DNA of 64,000 nucleotides from an uncultured delta proteobacterium (GTDB lineage: Bacteria > Myxococcota_A > Polyangia > Polyangiales > Polyangiaceae), in assembly GCA_963716725.1 (NCBI GenBank), contig CAVQUB010000018.1, forward strand, positions 64,001 to 128,000, read 5' to 3'. Positions within the stretch are counted from its first letter, which is position 1. The number at the start of each line of letters is the position of its first letter. A program made the position numbers and the translations under genes. Shown here one piece after another: positions 1 to 11,653 of the stretch. The notes under the pieces are model-generated. The model made no database searches and was not told where the DNA came from. It saw only the letters and a program-made list of their open reading frames with translations.

Positions 1-403
1 CGTAGATGATCTCGGCCTGGATCGCCCCGTTTCGCGAAGTGGCTCGCCGCGATGTGCGCGTATTTGGTAGCCACCCGGGGCACCGCGGGCACCTCGGCGC
101 CGCGCTCTGCCGCCACCACCATGCGGCAGCGCCCGATGCCGAGATCGAGCGGTTGGTACAGATCGTAGCGGCGCTCCAGCAGCACGTCGCGACCGCTGAC
201 GCCGAGATCGGCCGCGCCGTACTCGACGTAGGTCGGCACGTCGTCGGGCTTGAGGAGCAAGAACCTGAGGGATCCGTCGGCGCTTTCCCGGACCAGCCGC
301 CGGTCGTCGGCGAGGACGCACGAGGCGTCGACGCCAGCGCGCGCGAGCAGCGCCGCGAGCGGCTTGGTGACGCGACCCTTCGGGATCGCGACCGTGAGCG
401 GTC

Positions 404-407
<4 letters not shown>
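1..407 (-). CDS. hisG: ATP phosphoribosyltransferase, partial (runs off window)
   Basis: Reverse strand from GTG at 407 reads [16 protein letters not shown]..., and later [23 protein letters not shown] and DLGIGRCR. Start overlaps the murA stop (GTGA). Not in the ORF track because there is no stop in the window. Confidence 0.9.
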
Positions 408-1673
<1,266 letters not shown>

Positions 1674-1775
1674 GGTGCGGCGGGTCGCGTACGCTCGGGC
1701 GCGCGAAAGGGCAAGCAAGAAAAACCCGACGGGTCCCGGCTCCCGATCCGCGCTAGTCTCCCCCCACCGCGGAGC

Positions 1776-4133
1776 ATGAGCCGAGACGAAGCGCGCGAAG
1801 ACGACCCCACCATGGGCATGACGCCGTGGTCAGCGCCATCGCATACTGGCGAACACGTCGTTCTCGGTGGCCGCTACGAGATCTTGGGCCTGCTTGGCAG
1901 CGGCGGCATGGGCAGCGTGTACCGCGCCCACGACCGCGAGCTCGACGAGGTGGTGGCGCTCAAGACACTCCTGGCGGACACGGTCGCCTCGGCGCCCGTG
2001 CTCGAGCGCTTCCGGCAGGAGGTGAAGCTTGCGCGCCGGGTCACGCATCCGAACGTCGCCCGCACCTTCGACATCGGCGAGGACGAGCGCGGGAAATTCC
2101 TGACCATGGAGTACGTGGAGGGCGAGTCCCTCGCGGCGCTCCTGGGACGCGAAGGGCGCCTCTCGCCCGCGAGAGCCACGGAGATCGCGCTGTCGATCTG
2201 CTCGGGGCTCTGCGCGGCCCACTCGGTCGGCGTCGTGCATCGGGATCTGAAGCCCGAGAACGTGCTGCTCGACGGCGTCGGGCGCGTCGTGATCACCGAC
2301 TTCGGTATCGCCTGCGCGCGCGTGGACCGAGCCGACGCGCCGGCGACGAGCGGTGGCGTCGTGGGCACCCCCGCCTACATGGCGCCGGAGCAGGTGGAGG
2401 CCCGGCCGGACGTCGACGAACGAGCCGACATCTACGCGCTCGGCGTGCTGCTCTTCGAGATGCTTACCGGCAAGATGCCTTTCTCGGGGAACTCACCCTA
2501 TGCGGTCGCCACCGCCCGGCTGACTTCGGACCCGCCCGATCCCCGCCGGGAGCGAGGGGACTTGCCCGAGGGGATTTGTCGCATCGTCCAGCGCTGCATG
2601 GCGCGGCAGAGGGATGAGCGCTACTCGAGCGCCGAGCGGGTGTCCGCGGATCTGAGCACCGCGGCTCCGACGCAGTTCGACGAGCTGCACGTCTCGCATC
2701 CGTCGGCGGCGTGGCAGCCGCCGAGCCCGGCGGCGCCGACGCGACCGGGGGACAAGACGCTGGCCGTTCTGCCCTTCAGAAACTCGGGGCCGCCGGAGGA
2801 CGACTATTTGGCGGATGGCTTGACCGAGGATCTAATCGATACGCTCAGCGTCTCTCCGGGCCTCAAGCTCCGCCCCCGCGCCAGCGTGCTTTCGTTTCGC
2901 GGATCGACCGCAGATCCCAGGGAGGTGGGCCGGCTCCTCGACGTGCAAGTGGTGGTCGACGGCTCAGTTCGTCGCGTCGGCGGATCGCTGCGCATATCGA
3001 CCCGCTTGATCGGCGTCTCCGATGGCTTTCAGCTCTGGGCCAAGCGCTTCGACCGGCCCGAGGCCGACGCCTTGGTCGTCAGTGACGAAGCGGCGCATGC
3101 CATCGCCGACGCATTGAGCATCGACCCGGCCTCGCCGCTGCGACAGGCCCCGAGCGACGCCAGCGCCATCGACCTCTACTTGCGGGGAAAGCAAGAGCTG
3201 CGGCTCATCTGGCGCGAGCCCGTGCGACGAGCGGTGGAGCTCTTCGAACAGGCGCATCGACGCGCGCCGGCCGATGTCACGCTGTTGGCTGCCTACGCCC
3301 GGGCGCGCGCGCGGCTCTGGTACTTCGACGGCGGAGCGGCCGAGGCCCGGGAGGCGCGTGAACTCGCCGAGCGCGCGCTCACTCTGGCTCCCGAGCGGGG
3401 CGAGAGCTGGCTCGCGCTCGCGTCCGTGAGGTTCGCAGAGCAGGACGTGGCCGCAGCCGCGCAGTTGCTGTCGCAGGCGCTGCGCCGCTCGCCGCAACTT
3501 GCCGAGGCCCACGAACTGTGGGCCGAGGTCGCCCTCGATGTGCTCGACCCGGAGGAAGCGCTGGCCCGCTACCGCACCGCCCTCGCGCTCGATCCGGAGC
3601 TGCGATGCCGGTACCAGATGGCGCGCCTCCACGCCTACGCCGGGCGATGGGACGAAGTCGACGCGCTAGAGAGTGTTCCAGTCGACGACGAACAGACCCG
3701 CACGCTGCAAGCGGCGTCCCGCGTTCGCATGGCGCTCTGGAGCCCGAACGCGGAGGAGCGCGTGAAGGGGATTTCGGCGCCGACCTCAGCGGAGGATCTG
3801 ATGCCGGTGAAATATGCCGAGGCCTGTCTCGCGGTCATTCGATCGGGCGGCGTGTCGGAACAAGTGCGCGCGTTCATGGATTCCCAGTTCGCCCAGCAGC
3901 ACCAAGCGCCGCGCCTGGCGACCTTCAAGCACATGCTGGCCACCGAACTGACCGCCTTCGTCCTCGACCTGCCCGCCGCCATGAGGCAACTCGAGTCGGC
4001 GGTGAGCGCGGGGCTCACCGACCAGAACTGGCTCGAGCGTTGCCCGGTCCTCGCCCCGCTGCGCAAGCTCCCCGAATTCGAGCGGCTTTCGGCCGTGACT
4101 CGCCAGCGAGCCGCTCGGGCGCGCGCGATTTGA
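1776..4133 (+). CDS. Ser/Thr protein kinase with TolB-N-like domain and TPR-like repeats
   Basis: [30 protein letters not shown]. Then [19 protein letters not shown] (TolB-like) and a helical TPR-like C-terminus. Confidence 0.9.
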   Translation: MSRDEAREDDPTMGMTPWSAPSHTGEHVVLGGRYEILGLLGSGGMGSVYRAHDRELDEVVALKTLLADTVASAPVLERFRQEVKLARRVTHPNVARTFDIGEDERGKFLTMEYVEGESLAALLGREGRLSPARATEIALSICSGLCAAHSVGVVHRDLKPENVLLDGVGRVVITDFGIACARVDRADAPATSGGVVGTPAYMAPEQVEARPDVDERADIYALGVLLFEMLTGKMPFSGNSPYAVATARLTSDPPDPRRERGDLPEGICRIVQRCMARQRDERYSSAERVSADLSTAAPTQFDELHVSHPSAAWQPPSPAAPTRPGDKTLAVLPFRNSGPPEDDYLADGLTEDLIDTLSVSPGLKLRPRASVLSFRGSTADPREVGRLLDVQVVVDGSVRRVGGSLRISTRLIGVSDGFQLWAKRFDRPEADALVVSDEAAHAIADALSIDPASPLRQAPSDASAIDLYLRGKQELRLIWREPVRRAVELFEQAHRRAPADVTLLAAYARARARLWYFDGGAAEAREARELAERALTLAPERGESWLALASVRFAEQDVAAAAQLLSQALRRSPQLAEAHELWAEVALDVLDPEEALARYRTALALDPELRCRYQMARLHAYAGRWDEVDALESVPVDDEQTRTLQAASRVRMALWSPNAEERVKGISAPTSAEDLMPVKYAEACLAVIRSGGVSEQVRAFMDSQFAQQHQAPRLATFKHMLATELTAFVLDLPAAMRQLESAVSAGLTDQNWLERCPVLAPLRKLPEFERLSAVTRQRAARARAI

Positions 4134-4180
4134 TTTTTTCCTTCGGCCTTCGGCGAGCGCCGAGACTAGTCTTGTCGACC

Positions 4181-6199
4181 ATGCGACCGCGCCAGAGGCT
4201 CGCCCTCCTTGCGAGTGTTCTCGTCGTCAGCGGTACCGCGGCTGCGGAGCCGCAGCCGTCGCTCGACCTGCGAAACTTCCACCCACCCGCCGACCCGCAG
4301 GGGTCGCTGTACCTGGAACCGACCTCGACGCCCGGCGCCGGCGAATGGAACGTCGGCGCGTGGCTGTCCTATGCCAATCGGCCGGTCCGACTGGAGGACG
4401 CTTCGGGTGCGCGTGTGGCGGTGCCCCTCGAGAACCAGCTCTCCCTGGACTATGTCGCGTCGCTCGGGGTGCTGGACCGGCTCGCGCTCAGCCTGACGCT
4501 GCCGACCGTGCTCTACCAGAACGGCGATGAAGTCGGCGCGCAGCTGGGCGATGGTCGCCTGCCGCAGACTGCGATCGGAGACGCGGCCTTCGGCGTCAAG
4601 GCCACGCTCGTGCCCACCAGCAGCCTGGGCGGATTCGGCCTGGCAGCGCTCGCGCGAGTGGCAGCGCCGACCGGCGACAGCCGCTCGTACGTCTCGGATG
4701 GCGCGGTGGCAGGCGAGCTGCGCCTGCTGGGCGAGCTGAAGCTGATCCTGCTCACGGTCCAGGGCTCGGCCGGCGCGAAGATCCGCGGCGAGCAGCGCAC
4801 CTTCGTGGGTGAAGAATTCGGGCACGAGTTGCCTTGGGGCGTCGCCGTAGGGCTCAGACCTCAGGCGCTGGGCATCGACAAAGACGGGCGCTGGACCTGG
4901 ACCCTGGAGACACGCGGGCAGGTGGCCATGTCGCCGAAGTTCGGCGGCGCAGCCGGTTCGCCGGCGTTGGCCGGCGCGTCTGCGCGCTACGCGCTCGGCG
5001 ACGTTTCGTTGATCGGCGGGGTCGAGCTCCCGCTCAACCAGGCCGTGGGAAGCCCGCGGGTCCGCGGCGTGCTGGGCGTGTCCTGGGCGCCACGCTTCTA
5101 CGACGAGGACGGCGACGGCGTCGCGGACGACCAAGATGAATGCCCGGAGTTGGCGGAGGACAAGGACGGCTTCGAAGATCGCGACGGCTGCCCCGAATCC
5201 GACAACGACGACGACGGCGTCTCAGACGAGGACGACAAGTGCCCCGCCGAGCGTGAAGACGAGGACGGATTTCAGGACGACGACGGATGCCCGGATCCCG
5301 ACAACGACAGCGACGGTGTCTTGGACGTCGACGACTCTTGTCCCGACGAGGCCGGTCCCAAGAAAGGCTCGACGCGCGGCCCGGGTTGCCCGTCCAAAGA
5401 CGCCGACGCCGATGGCGTCGACGACGCGGCGGACAAGTGTCCCGATCAGCCGGAAGACCGCGACGGCTTCGCCGACGACGACGGTTGTCCGGACCCAGAC
5501 AACGACAGCGACGGCGTACTCGACGAGGAAGACGCCTGCCCCACGGTCAAGGGTGACGCGCGCTCGGATCCCAAGTTGAACGGTTGTCCGACGCCGGATC
5601 GCGACGGCGACACCTACAACGACGCGGCGGACAAGTGCCCGGATGCCCCCGAAGATTTCGATGGCGTGGACGACGACGACGGTTGCCCGGACGACGACTC
5701 GGCAAAGCCGGCGGCGCAACGGGCCAAGCCGCTGTTGACCTTTCGAGCCAAGGGCGACCGACAGTCGTTGAAGTGGCGCGTGGCTCCGAAGGTCACCGGC
5801 AAAGCAGATGCGGTCGCGGTCGATCCGAAGACCTTGCCCAGCGTTCGCGCGCTCGCGACCGAGCTCAACAAGAACCCGTCCTGGGTCGTGTTGGTGGGCT
5901 TCCGTACGGCAGGCGGTGCGGCCACCGCCGATCAAGACGCTCTCAACAAGTCCTTCGCGCTCGTCAACGCGCTGCGATCGCTCACGCACCGCGACGACGT
6001 CGCCGAGAGCATCGGCTGGAGCGCCGTGAAGGGTGAGCCCGACGCCAACGCAAACGGCTTCGGTATCCTGGTCCTGGGCGCGGCGCCCCAAGCCAAGCTC
6101 CAGCTCGCGGAGCCGGTCCGACAGATGCCGCGCCTGGTGGCACCGCGGCTGGCCAATCCGCCGAAGCTGGCACCGCCGCCCACCAAGAAGACGCCGTGA
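4181..6199 (+). CDS. Outer-membrane beta-barrel protein with thrombospondin type-3 repeats and degenerate OmpA-like C-terminus (TraB-like architecture)
   Basis: Signal peptide MRPRQRLALLASVLVVSGTAAA, amphipathic beta-strand region, many DxDGDGVxDxxDxCP / EDxDGFxDxDGCP repeats, then an OmpA_C-like region. Confidence 0.75.
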   Translation: MRPRQRLALLASVLVVSGTAAAEPQPSLDLRNFHPPADPQGSLYLEPTSTPGAGEWNVGAWLSYANRPVRLEDASGARVAVPLENQLSLDYVASLGVLDRLALSLTLPTVLYQNGDEVGAQLGDGRLPQTAIGDAAFGVKATLVPTSSLGGFGLAALARVAAPTGDSRSYVSDGAVAGELRLLGELKLILLTVQGSAGAKIRGEQRTFVGEEFGHELPWGVAVGLRPQALGIDKDGRWTWTLETRGQVAMSPKFGGAAGSPALAGASARYALGDVSLIGGVELPLNQAVGSPRVRGVLGVSWAPRFYDEDGDGVADDQDECPELAEDKDGFEDRDGCPESDNDDDGVSDEDDKCPAEREDEDGFQDDDGCPDPDNDSDGVLDVDDSCPDEAGPKKGSTRGPGCPSKDADADGVDDAADKCPDQPEDRDGFADDDGCPDPDNDSDGVLDEEDACPTVKGDARSDPKLNGCPTPDRDGDTYNDAADKCPDAPEDFDGVDDDDGCPDDDSAKPAAQRAKPLLTFRAKGDRQSLKWRVAPKVTGKADAVAVDPKTLPSVRALATELNKNPSWVVLVGFRTAGGAATADQDALNKSFALVNALRSLTHRDDVAESIGWSAVKGEPDANANGFGILVLGAAPQAKLQLAEPVRQMPRLVAPRLANPPKLAPPPTKKTP

Positions 6200-8292
6200 A
6201 GCTCTGCCGGGCAGCGGCGTTCGTCGCCTTCGCCTTCTTCGCCAGCCCGCCCCTGGCCGCGGCCGCCCCGCCTCGCCCGACGACGCCCGTGCGACGTCCG
6301 GTATCGCGTCGACCGCCGCCCAAGCAGGTGCGGCCAGCCGTAAAACCCAGGTCCGAACCCGCGGGTCTCCAAGCGAGAACCGGCATTGCAATTGCGACGC
6401 GGGCGATCAAGTCCACCGAAGTCGCAGAGCGGGTCCGCGGCTTCGAGCGCCTGGGGGAGGTCGGAACTCCCGCCGCCACCGAGCTCTTGGCCAAGGCCCT
6501 GGAGCCCGGCGGCGCGGCCAAGGGCTTCGAGGATCGCTTGACCGTGGTGCGCGCGCTGGCCAAGCACGCGCGTGAACCGGGTCCGCGCCAGGCGCTGGCT
6601 CGCGCGATGGCGAGCGCTTCCTCGGGGCGGGCAGACGACGCTGGCGAGATCATGGTCCGGGATACGGCGGCGCTCGCGCTGGCGCGGTCCGCACACCGGG
6701 AGGCCCTCGAGATCCTGGGCAAGGCCCTGCGCCAAGAGGGTCCCATCGCTGCCTCTGCCGGCCGCGCGATCGTCGCGCACCCGCCACGGAGCCTCGAACC
6801 CATCGTGTCCGCTCGCGGAGCGCCGACACGCGCTCTGGTGGACGCCATCGACGCGTTGGGAGATCAACGCGCGTTTTCCGCGCTGCGCAGCTGGGTCAAG
6901 CACGGTTCGCCGGAGATCCGAGGACGCGCTGCCATCACGCTGACTCGCCTCGGCGACTACGAGACGGTCGCGCTCGCCCGTCAGTGGCGGGCGAAGAACA
7001 AGAGCGACACCCAGCTGCTCGTCGCGGCGACTCGGATCCTGGTCTCGTCTCGGGCGCCCGAAGCCGGTCGCGCCCTCGAGTCACTGCTGGCAAACGCCGA
7101 GACGGTCGAAGCGGCGCTGGAGCTGGTGCCCATTGCGCGCTCGCCGGAGCTGCTGCCAGCGCTGGAAAAACGCCTGGCTCGGGCAGATGCGGGCAGCGCC
7201 CCGGTGCTGCTCGGCGCCATCGGTCGCCTGGGAACGCCGGCCGCCGCCCGCCGCTTGTCCAAAGAGCTGAAAAGCGTGAGCCATGGAAATGCGGCGGCGT
7301 ATGCCCTGGCAACCTGCCCAGGCCCGGTGGCCCGCGATCTCATCGCGCGGGCGCTCGCGACTCGCACCACGCTTCGGGCGGCGGCTCGAGCGGCGGTCGT
7401 GCGTGAACTCTTGCTCGGCGAACGCGTCGCCGACATCGACGGCGCCCTGCGCACGCTGATCGTTTCCGCAGATCCCGCAGATCGAGCGGCGGGAGCCTGG
7501 GGCATCGCGAGCCGCAACGCCGACCACGCCCGGACTTTGCTCGGGCGCAGCGATCTCGTGGTCGTGCGAGCGGCGGCACGCGCCGCGATGAGCGAGCCGG
7601 CGGCGAGCGCTGCCGCCCAGCGCCTGGCAACCGAGCAGGACTCGCTCACGCGCACCGCGCTGGCCATCAGCTTGCTGAGCGAGTCGAGCGCCGCTCGGGT
7701 TCCGACCGCGGTGGTCGTCGAACTCGTCGAGAACGGCGGCGCCGCAGCCGCGCTCGCCGCCAAGGCGCTCGCCACTCGAGACTCGGAAGCCGAGCGCCCG
7801 CAGATCGAAAGGCTCTCCAAGAGCGGTGATCCGCTCATTCGCGCTCACATCGCCCTCGGGCTCGCGGACAGCCGGGAGGCCTCGGCCGTGGGTCTGCTGC
7901 GGGAAATCTACCGCTTCGAACAAGATGCGGACGTGCGGCACGCCGTGGTGACGGCACTCAGTCGTCGCAGCGACCGCTCGAGGCTGCGCACGCTCGAGCT
8001 AGCCGCAGACCTCGACGGCGACGAGCGGGTGCGCAGCGCCGCGCGTCTGTCGCTGAATGGCGCCCGCCTCTCGCCGCTGCCGCGGGGCCGCTCGGGTCTG
8101 TGGCTCACGCTCGCGGCCAGCGGTGAGGCCGCGAAACGCCCGGCCCAGGCTCGGATCGGGACCTCGAGCGGAGCGGCGCTTCCTGTGGTCGCCGACCCCG
8201 ACGGGCAGGTGCTCTTGATGGGCCTGCCGGAGGGCCCCATCACGCTGCGGGTTGCCGCCGACCCCGACGAGAGCCAGGCTGCGGTCCCCTGA
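6196..8292 (+). CDS. Exported HEAT-repeat protein
   Basis: Signal peptide, Ala/Leu/Arg-rich helical repeats (IRGRAAITLTRLGD, IRAHIALGLA, VRHAVVTALS). GTGA overlap with the upstream gene. Confidence 0.7.
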   Translation: MKLCRAAAFVAFAFFASPPLAAAAPPRPTTPVRRPVSRRPPPKQVRPAVKPRSEPAGLQARTGIAIATRAIKSTEVAERVRGFERLGEVGTPAATELLAKALEPGGAAKGFEDRLTVVRALAKHAREPGPRQALARAMASASSGRADDAGEIMVRDTAALALARSAHREALEILGKALRQEGPIAASAGRAIVAHPPRSLEPIVSARGAPTRALVDAIDALGDQRAFSALRSWVKHGSPEIRGRAAITLTRLGDYETVALARQWRAKNKSDTQLLVAATRILVSSRAPEAGRALESLLANAETVEAALELVPIARSPELLPALEKRLARADAGSAPVLLGAIGRLGTPAAARRLSKELKSVSHGNAAAYALATCPGPVARDLIARALATRTTLRAAARAAVVRELLLGERVADIDGALRTLIVSADPADRAAGAWGIASRNADHARTLLGRSDLVVVRAAARAAMSEPAASAAAQRLATEQDSLTRTALAISLLSESSAARVPTAVVVELVENGGAAAALAAKALATRDSEAERPQIERLSKSGDPLIRAHIALGLADSREASAVGLLREIYRFEQDADVRHAVVTALSRRSDRSRLRTLELAADLDGDERVRSAARLSLNGARLSPLPRGRSGLWLTLAASGEAAKRPAQARIGTSSGAALPVVADPDGQVLLMGLPEGPITLRVAADPDESQAAVP

Positions 8293-8308
8293 GGAGACAG
8301 CACGAGCC

Positions 8309-8575
8309 ATGAGCCCGGAACCCAAGAAGCGACGCGGCGCCAGCACGGAGTCTGAACCCAACTTCGAGGCGTCCCTCGGGCGCCTCGGAGAGATCGTCGA
8401 GCAGCTCGAGTCCGGCGAGCTCGCCCTGGAGCGGTCCCTGGAGTTGTTCGAAGAAGGCGTCCGACTCGCCCGCACTTCGCAAGCCCGGCTCGAGCAGGCC
8501 GAGCGTCGGGTGGAAGAGCTGCTCTCGCTCGACGAAGCAGGCAATCCGGTGGTGGAAGTGCATCCGACCGAGTGA
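8309..8575 (+). CDS. xseB: Exodeoxyribonuclease VII small subunit
   Basis: FEASLGRLGEIVEQLESGELALERSLELFEEGVRL...LEQAERRVEEL; GAGGAG RBS upstream. Confidence 0.93.
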   Translation: MSPEPKKRRGASTESEPNFEASLGRLGEIVEQLESGELALERSLELFEEGVRLARTSQARLEQAERRVEELLSLDEAGNPVVEVHPTE

Positions 8576-8608
8576 GCAGCGGTCGCATCCGTGTCCAGCA
8601 AGCCGAAC

Positions 8609-9352
8609 ATGAGTCCGCTCATTGCCGAGAGCGCCGCCGTCGTCCTGATTGGCAACGAGCTGTTGAGCGGCAAAGTCCACGAGGCGAATCTGGTGGAACT
8701 CGCCAAGACCTTGCGGGTCTTGGGCATTGGCTTGCGCCGGGTGGTGATGATCCCCGACGAGTTGGATCTAATCGCGAAAGAAGTGGCCCACGAGAGCGGG
8801 TCGCACGACCTGGTCTTCACCAGCGGCGGTGTGGGGCCCACCCACGACGACCTGACCATCGACGGGGTGGCCAAGGCCTTCGGCGTCCAGGCTCGGATCG
8901 ACGAGTCGATGGCCACTATGCTGCGCGCGGCCTACGGCGAGCGCTGCACGGACCACCACTTGCGCATGGCATTGATCCCCGACGGCGCGACCCTCGCGAC
9001 CACGGAAGATGACCGTTGGCCCGTCGTCGTGATGCGCAACGTCTGGGTCCTGCCAGGTGTTCCGCAGATATTCCGGATGAAGCTCGGCGTCGTGCGCGCC
9101 TGGGTGCGCGGTCCAGCGGCGTTCCACTCGCGGGCCGTCTTGACGCGGCTGGACGAGGGAAAGCTCAAGCCGCTGCTCGACGAGATCGTGGCGGCCCACC
9201 CCGGCGTCGACGTCGGCTCGTATCCAAAGTGGTTCGACGCGGCGTACAAGACCAAGATCACCTTCGATTCGCGGGAAACCGGCCGCGTCGACGAGGCCTT
9301 CGCCGCCTTCGTCGCCTTGCTGGACCCGGAGGACGTGGCCGGGGTCGAGTGA
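8609..9352 (+). CDS. CinA-N / molybdopterin-binding domain protein
   Basis: IGNELLSGKV, TSGGVGPTHDDLT, LPGVP motifs; lacks the CinA C-terminal deamidase domain. Confidence 0.85.
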   Translation: MSPLIAESAAVVLIGNELLSGKVHEANLVELAKTLRVLGIGLRRVVMIPDELDLIAKEVAHESGSHDLVFTSGGVGPTHDDLTIDGVAKAFGVQARIDESMATMLRAAYGERCTDHHLRMALIPDGATLATTEDDRWPVVVMRNVWVLPGVPQIFRMKLGVVRAWVRGPAAFHSRAVLTRLDEGKLKPLLDEIVAAHPGVDVGSYPKWFDAAYKTKITFDSRETGRVDEAFAAFVALLDPEDVAGVE

Positions 9353-9467
9353 ATCGCCGGCCAATCGCCAGCCGGATCTTCTCGGCAACCCGCCCCGATC
9401 GGCGAAGTTGGCGTGGCCACGGCGTGACCCTTGGCGCCACGAGCGCAGGGATCTGCGCGTCCGGCGC

Positions 9468-9484
9468 TTGGCACACGGCGTGCT
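9468..9484 (+). promoter_or_regulatory. Sigma54 (-24/-12) promoter candidate upstream of radC
   Basis: TTGGCAC-ACGGC-GTGCT has exact GG-N10-GC spacing. Confidence 0.6.
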
Positions 9485-9496
9485 CTTGAGGCGCCC

Positions 9497-10168
9497 ATGC
9501 AGCGCTCCTCCCTGGTCGTGTTCGATCTCACGCCACCGCCCCCCGAACCGACCGAACGCGGCGACGTCGAGCTGTTGTCGCTGTTGATCGGCCCGGCGAA
9601 GGCCGAAGGCGCGCTGACACCGGCCGCGCGATTGCTCGACCACGCCGGTGGACTCGAGGGCATCGCCAAGATGACGGCCCGGGACATCGCGCTGGTAGCC
9701 AAGGTGCGCGCAGACCGGGCGCTGCGCGTCGTGGCCACCCTCGAACTCGGTCGACGCCTGAACGCAGCGTCGAAGCGCACGCGCCGTGACGCGCTGGGCA
9801 GCTTCGGCGCCGTCGAACTCTGGGCAGCGCCGCGCTTGTCGCATCTCGAGCACGAAGAGGTCTGGCTCCTGTGTCTCGACGGCAGAAACGTGCTCAAGGC
9901 GGCCCGCCGCGTCGCTCGCGGCGGCGCCCACGGCTGCGCCCTCACGCCCCGAGATGTCTTGACGCCGGCCCTGCGCGAGGCGGCGAGCGCCGTCGTCTTG
10001 GTTCACAACCATCCGAGCGGCGATCCGACGCCGAGCCCGGAAGACCTGCACATGACTCGAGCGCTGGCCGCCGCCTGTGAGCTGGTCGGGGTGCCGCTGC
10101 TCGACCACGTGGTCGTGGCCCATGGGGGCGCCGCCAGCGTTTTCGAAGCCCTGGAGCCCGCGCTCTAA
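9497..10168 (+). CDS. radC: RadC / JAB-domain protein
   Basis: LEHEEVWLLCLD, HNHPSGDPTPSPED, LLDHVVV. Confidence 0.92.
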   Translation: MQRSSLVVFDLTPPPPEPTERGDVELLSLLIGPAKAEGALTPAARLLDHAGGLEGIAKMTARDIALVAKVRADRALRVVATLELGRRLNAASKRTRRDALGSFGAVELWAAPRLSHLEHEEVWLLCLDGRNVLKAARRVARGGAHGCALTPRDVLTPALREAASAVVLVHNHPSGDPTPSPEDLHMTRALAAACELVGVPLLDHVVVAHGGAASVFEALEPAL

Positions 10169-10213
10169 CAGATCGGCTCGCCGTCGCTGTTCCATCGCAG
10201 TGCAAGACACTCT

Positions 10214-11653
10214 ATGGTCCCCGCCGTGACCGAGAGTGGCGTCGCCCAATTCGCTGCGTTGACCGACGTCGGACGTCAGCGCGACCACAACGAGGACAAC
10301 TTCCTCGTCGACAAGAAGCTCGCCCTGTACGTGGTCTGTGACGGCATGGGCGGACACGCTGCCGGCGAGGTGGCGAGCGCCATCGCCGTGCGCACCGTTC
10401 ACGAGGAGGTCAAACGCGAGTTCGACCTCGTGAATGACTACATCGCGGGCAAAGTCGGCGTCGATCGCGTGAGCAAGCGCGACATCATCAACATGCTCGA
10501 GTTCTCGGTGAACCGCGCGTCGAACCGCGTGCATGCCGAGGCGGTGAAGGACTCGGCCAAGCGCGGCATGGGAACGACGCTGGTCTCGATCCTGGTGGCA
10601 GGGCACCAGGCCTTCGTGACCTACGTCGGCGACAGCCGCTGCTACATGTTGCGCAACGGCGCCATTCAGCAACTCACCGAAGACCACAACGTCTACAACG
10701 AGCTGATCAAGAAGAAGAAGCTGCCCAAAGAAAAGGCGGAGAAGCTGCTGGCTCAGAAGAACGCCGTCACGCGTGCGGTCGGCGTCTACGAGCACTGCGA
10801 GCCCGACACCTTGGTGATCGACATCGTCGCGGGCGATCGCTTCCTCTTGTGCACCGATGGTCTGAGCATGTACTTCGAGGCCGACGAGGTCGCTGAGCTC
10901 GGCAAGCTGCTCAGCAACCGCGACGCGGAGGCCGCGGTGAAATCGCTGATCGACGCGGCCAACACCCGCGGGGGTGGCGACAACATCACGGCCATCATCG
11001 TGACGGTGGGAGACGTCGAGGTGCGCGACGACGCGCGCGCTCAACGGCTCCAGCTCAAGCACGATATCTTGGCGAGAATGCCGCTGTTTCGCATGCTGGG
11101 CGAGCGCGACCTGTTGCGGGTGCAAGAGGTCACCGACGTGGTCACGTTCAAGAACGGCGAGCGCGTGATCAAGGAGGGAGACCGCGGCGAAGAGCTGTTC
11201 ATCGTGCTCGGCGGTCAAGTGAAGGTCCAGCGCGGCGGCACCCCGCTCGCGACGCTCAAGCAGGGCGAACACTTCGGAGAAATGGCCCTGATCCGCGCGC
11301 AGCCGCGCTCCGCCACGGTCATCAGCGACGGCGACAGCGAGCTGATGGTGATCCGCCGCGTGGACTTCTTCGACATCTTGCGCAAGGAGCACCAGCTCGC
11401 GGTCAAGTTGCTCTGGCAGTTCCTTGGCGTGCTCTCCGATCGCCTGGCGGAAACCAATCGCGAACTCGACCACGCCCGCGAGGAGCTCGCCGAGGACATC
11501 ACCTCCGAGATCTTCGACGACGACGACGACGAGAACCGGAAGACTTTGCTGATCCCCCCCCGCCGAAATCCCTCCGAAACCCCGGTGGCCAGTCGTGAAA
11601 GGCACTGGCTTTTGGGTACTGCCCTTGGCGATCGCGACCCTCGGAGGCTGTGA
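10214..11653 (+). CDS. PP2C-family Ser/Thr phosphatase with C-terminal cyclic-nucleotide-binding domain
   Basis: TDVGRQRDHNED, VCDGMGGHAAGEVAS, GMGTT, GDSR, LCTDGL, GGDNIT. Then IKEGDRGEELFIV..GEHFGEMAL..PRSATV. True stop may be 11598 (C-run at 11554-11561). Confidence 0.9.
   Translation: MVPAVTESGVAQFAALTDVGRQRDHNEDNFLVDKKLALYVVCDGMGGHAAGEVASAIAVRTVHEEVKREFDLVNDYIAGKVGVDRVSKRDIINMLEFSVNRASNRVHAEAVKDSAKRGMGTTLVSILVAGHQAFVTYVGDSRCYMLRNGAIQQLTEDHNVYNELIKKKKLPKEKAEKLLAQKNAVTRAVGVYEHCEPDTLVIDIVAGDRFLLCTDGLSMYFEADEVAELGKLLSNRDAEAAVKSLIDAANTRGGGDNITAIIVTVGDVEVRDDARAQRLQLKHDILARMPLFRMLGERDLLRVQEVTDVVTFKNGERVIKEGDRGEELFIVLGGQVKVQRGGTPLATLKQGEHFGEMALIRAQPRSATVISDGDSELMVIRRVDFFDILRKEHQLAVKLLWQFLGVLSDRLAETNRELDHAREELAEDITSEIFDDDDDENRKTLLIPPRRNPSETPVASRERHWLLGTALGDRDPRRL

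Noticed and set aside
5100..5700. Repetitive DNA resembling an array
   Set aside because: These are in-frame TSP3 protein repeats, not CRISPR repeats with spacers.
11554..11653. 59-bp overlap between the PP2C-cNMP gene and the next gene
   Set aside because: Adding one C to the C8 run ends the gene at 11598 with a normal GTGA overlap; probable homopolymer error.
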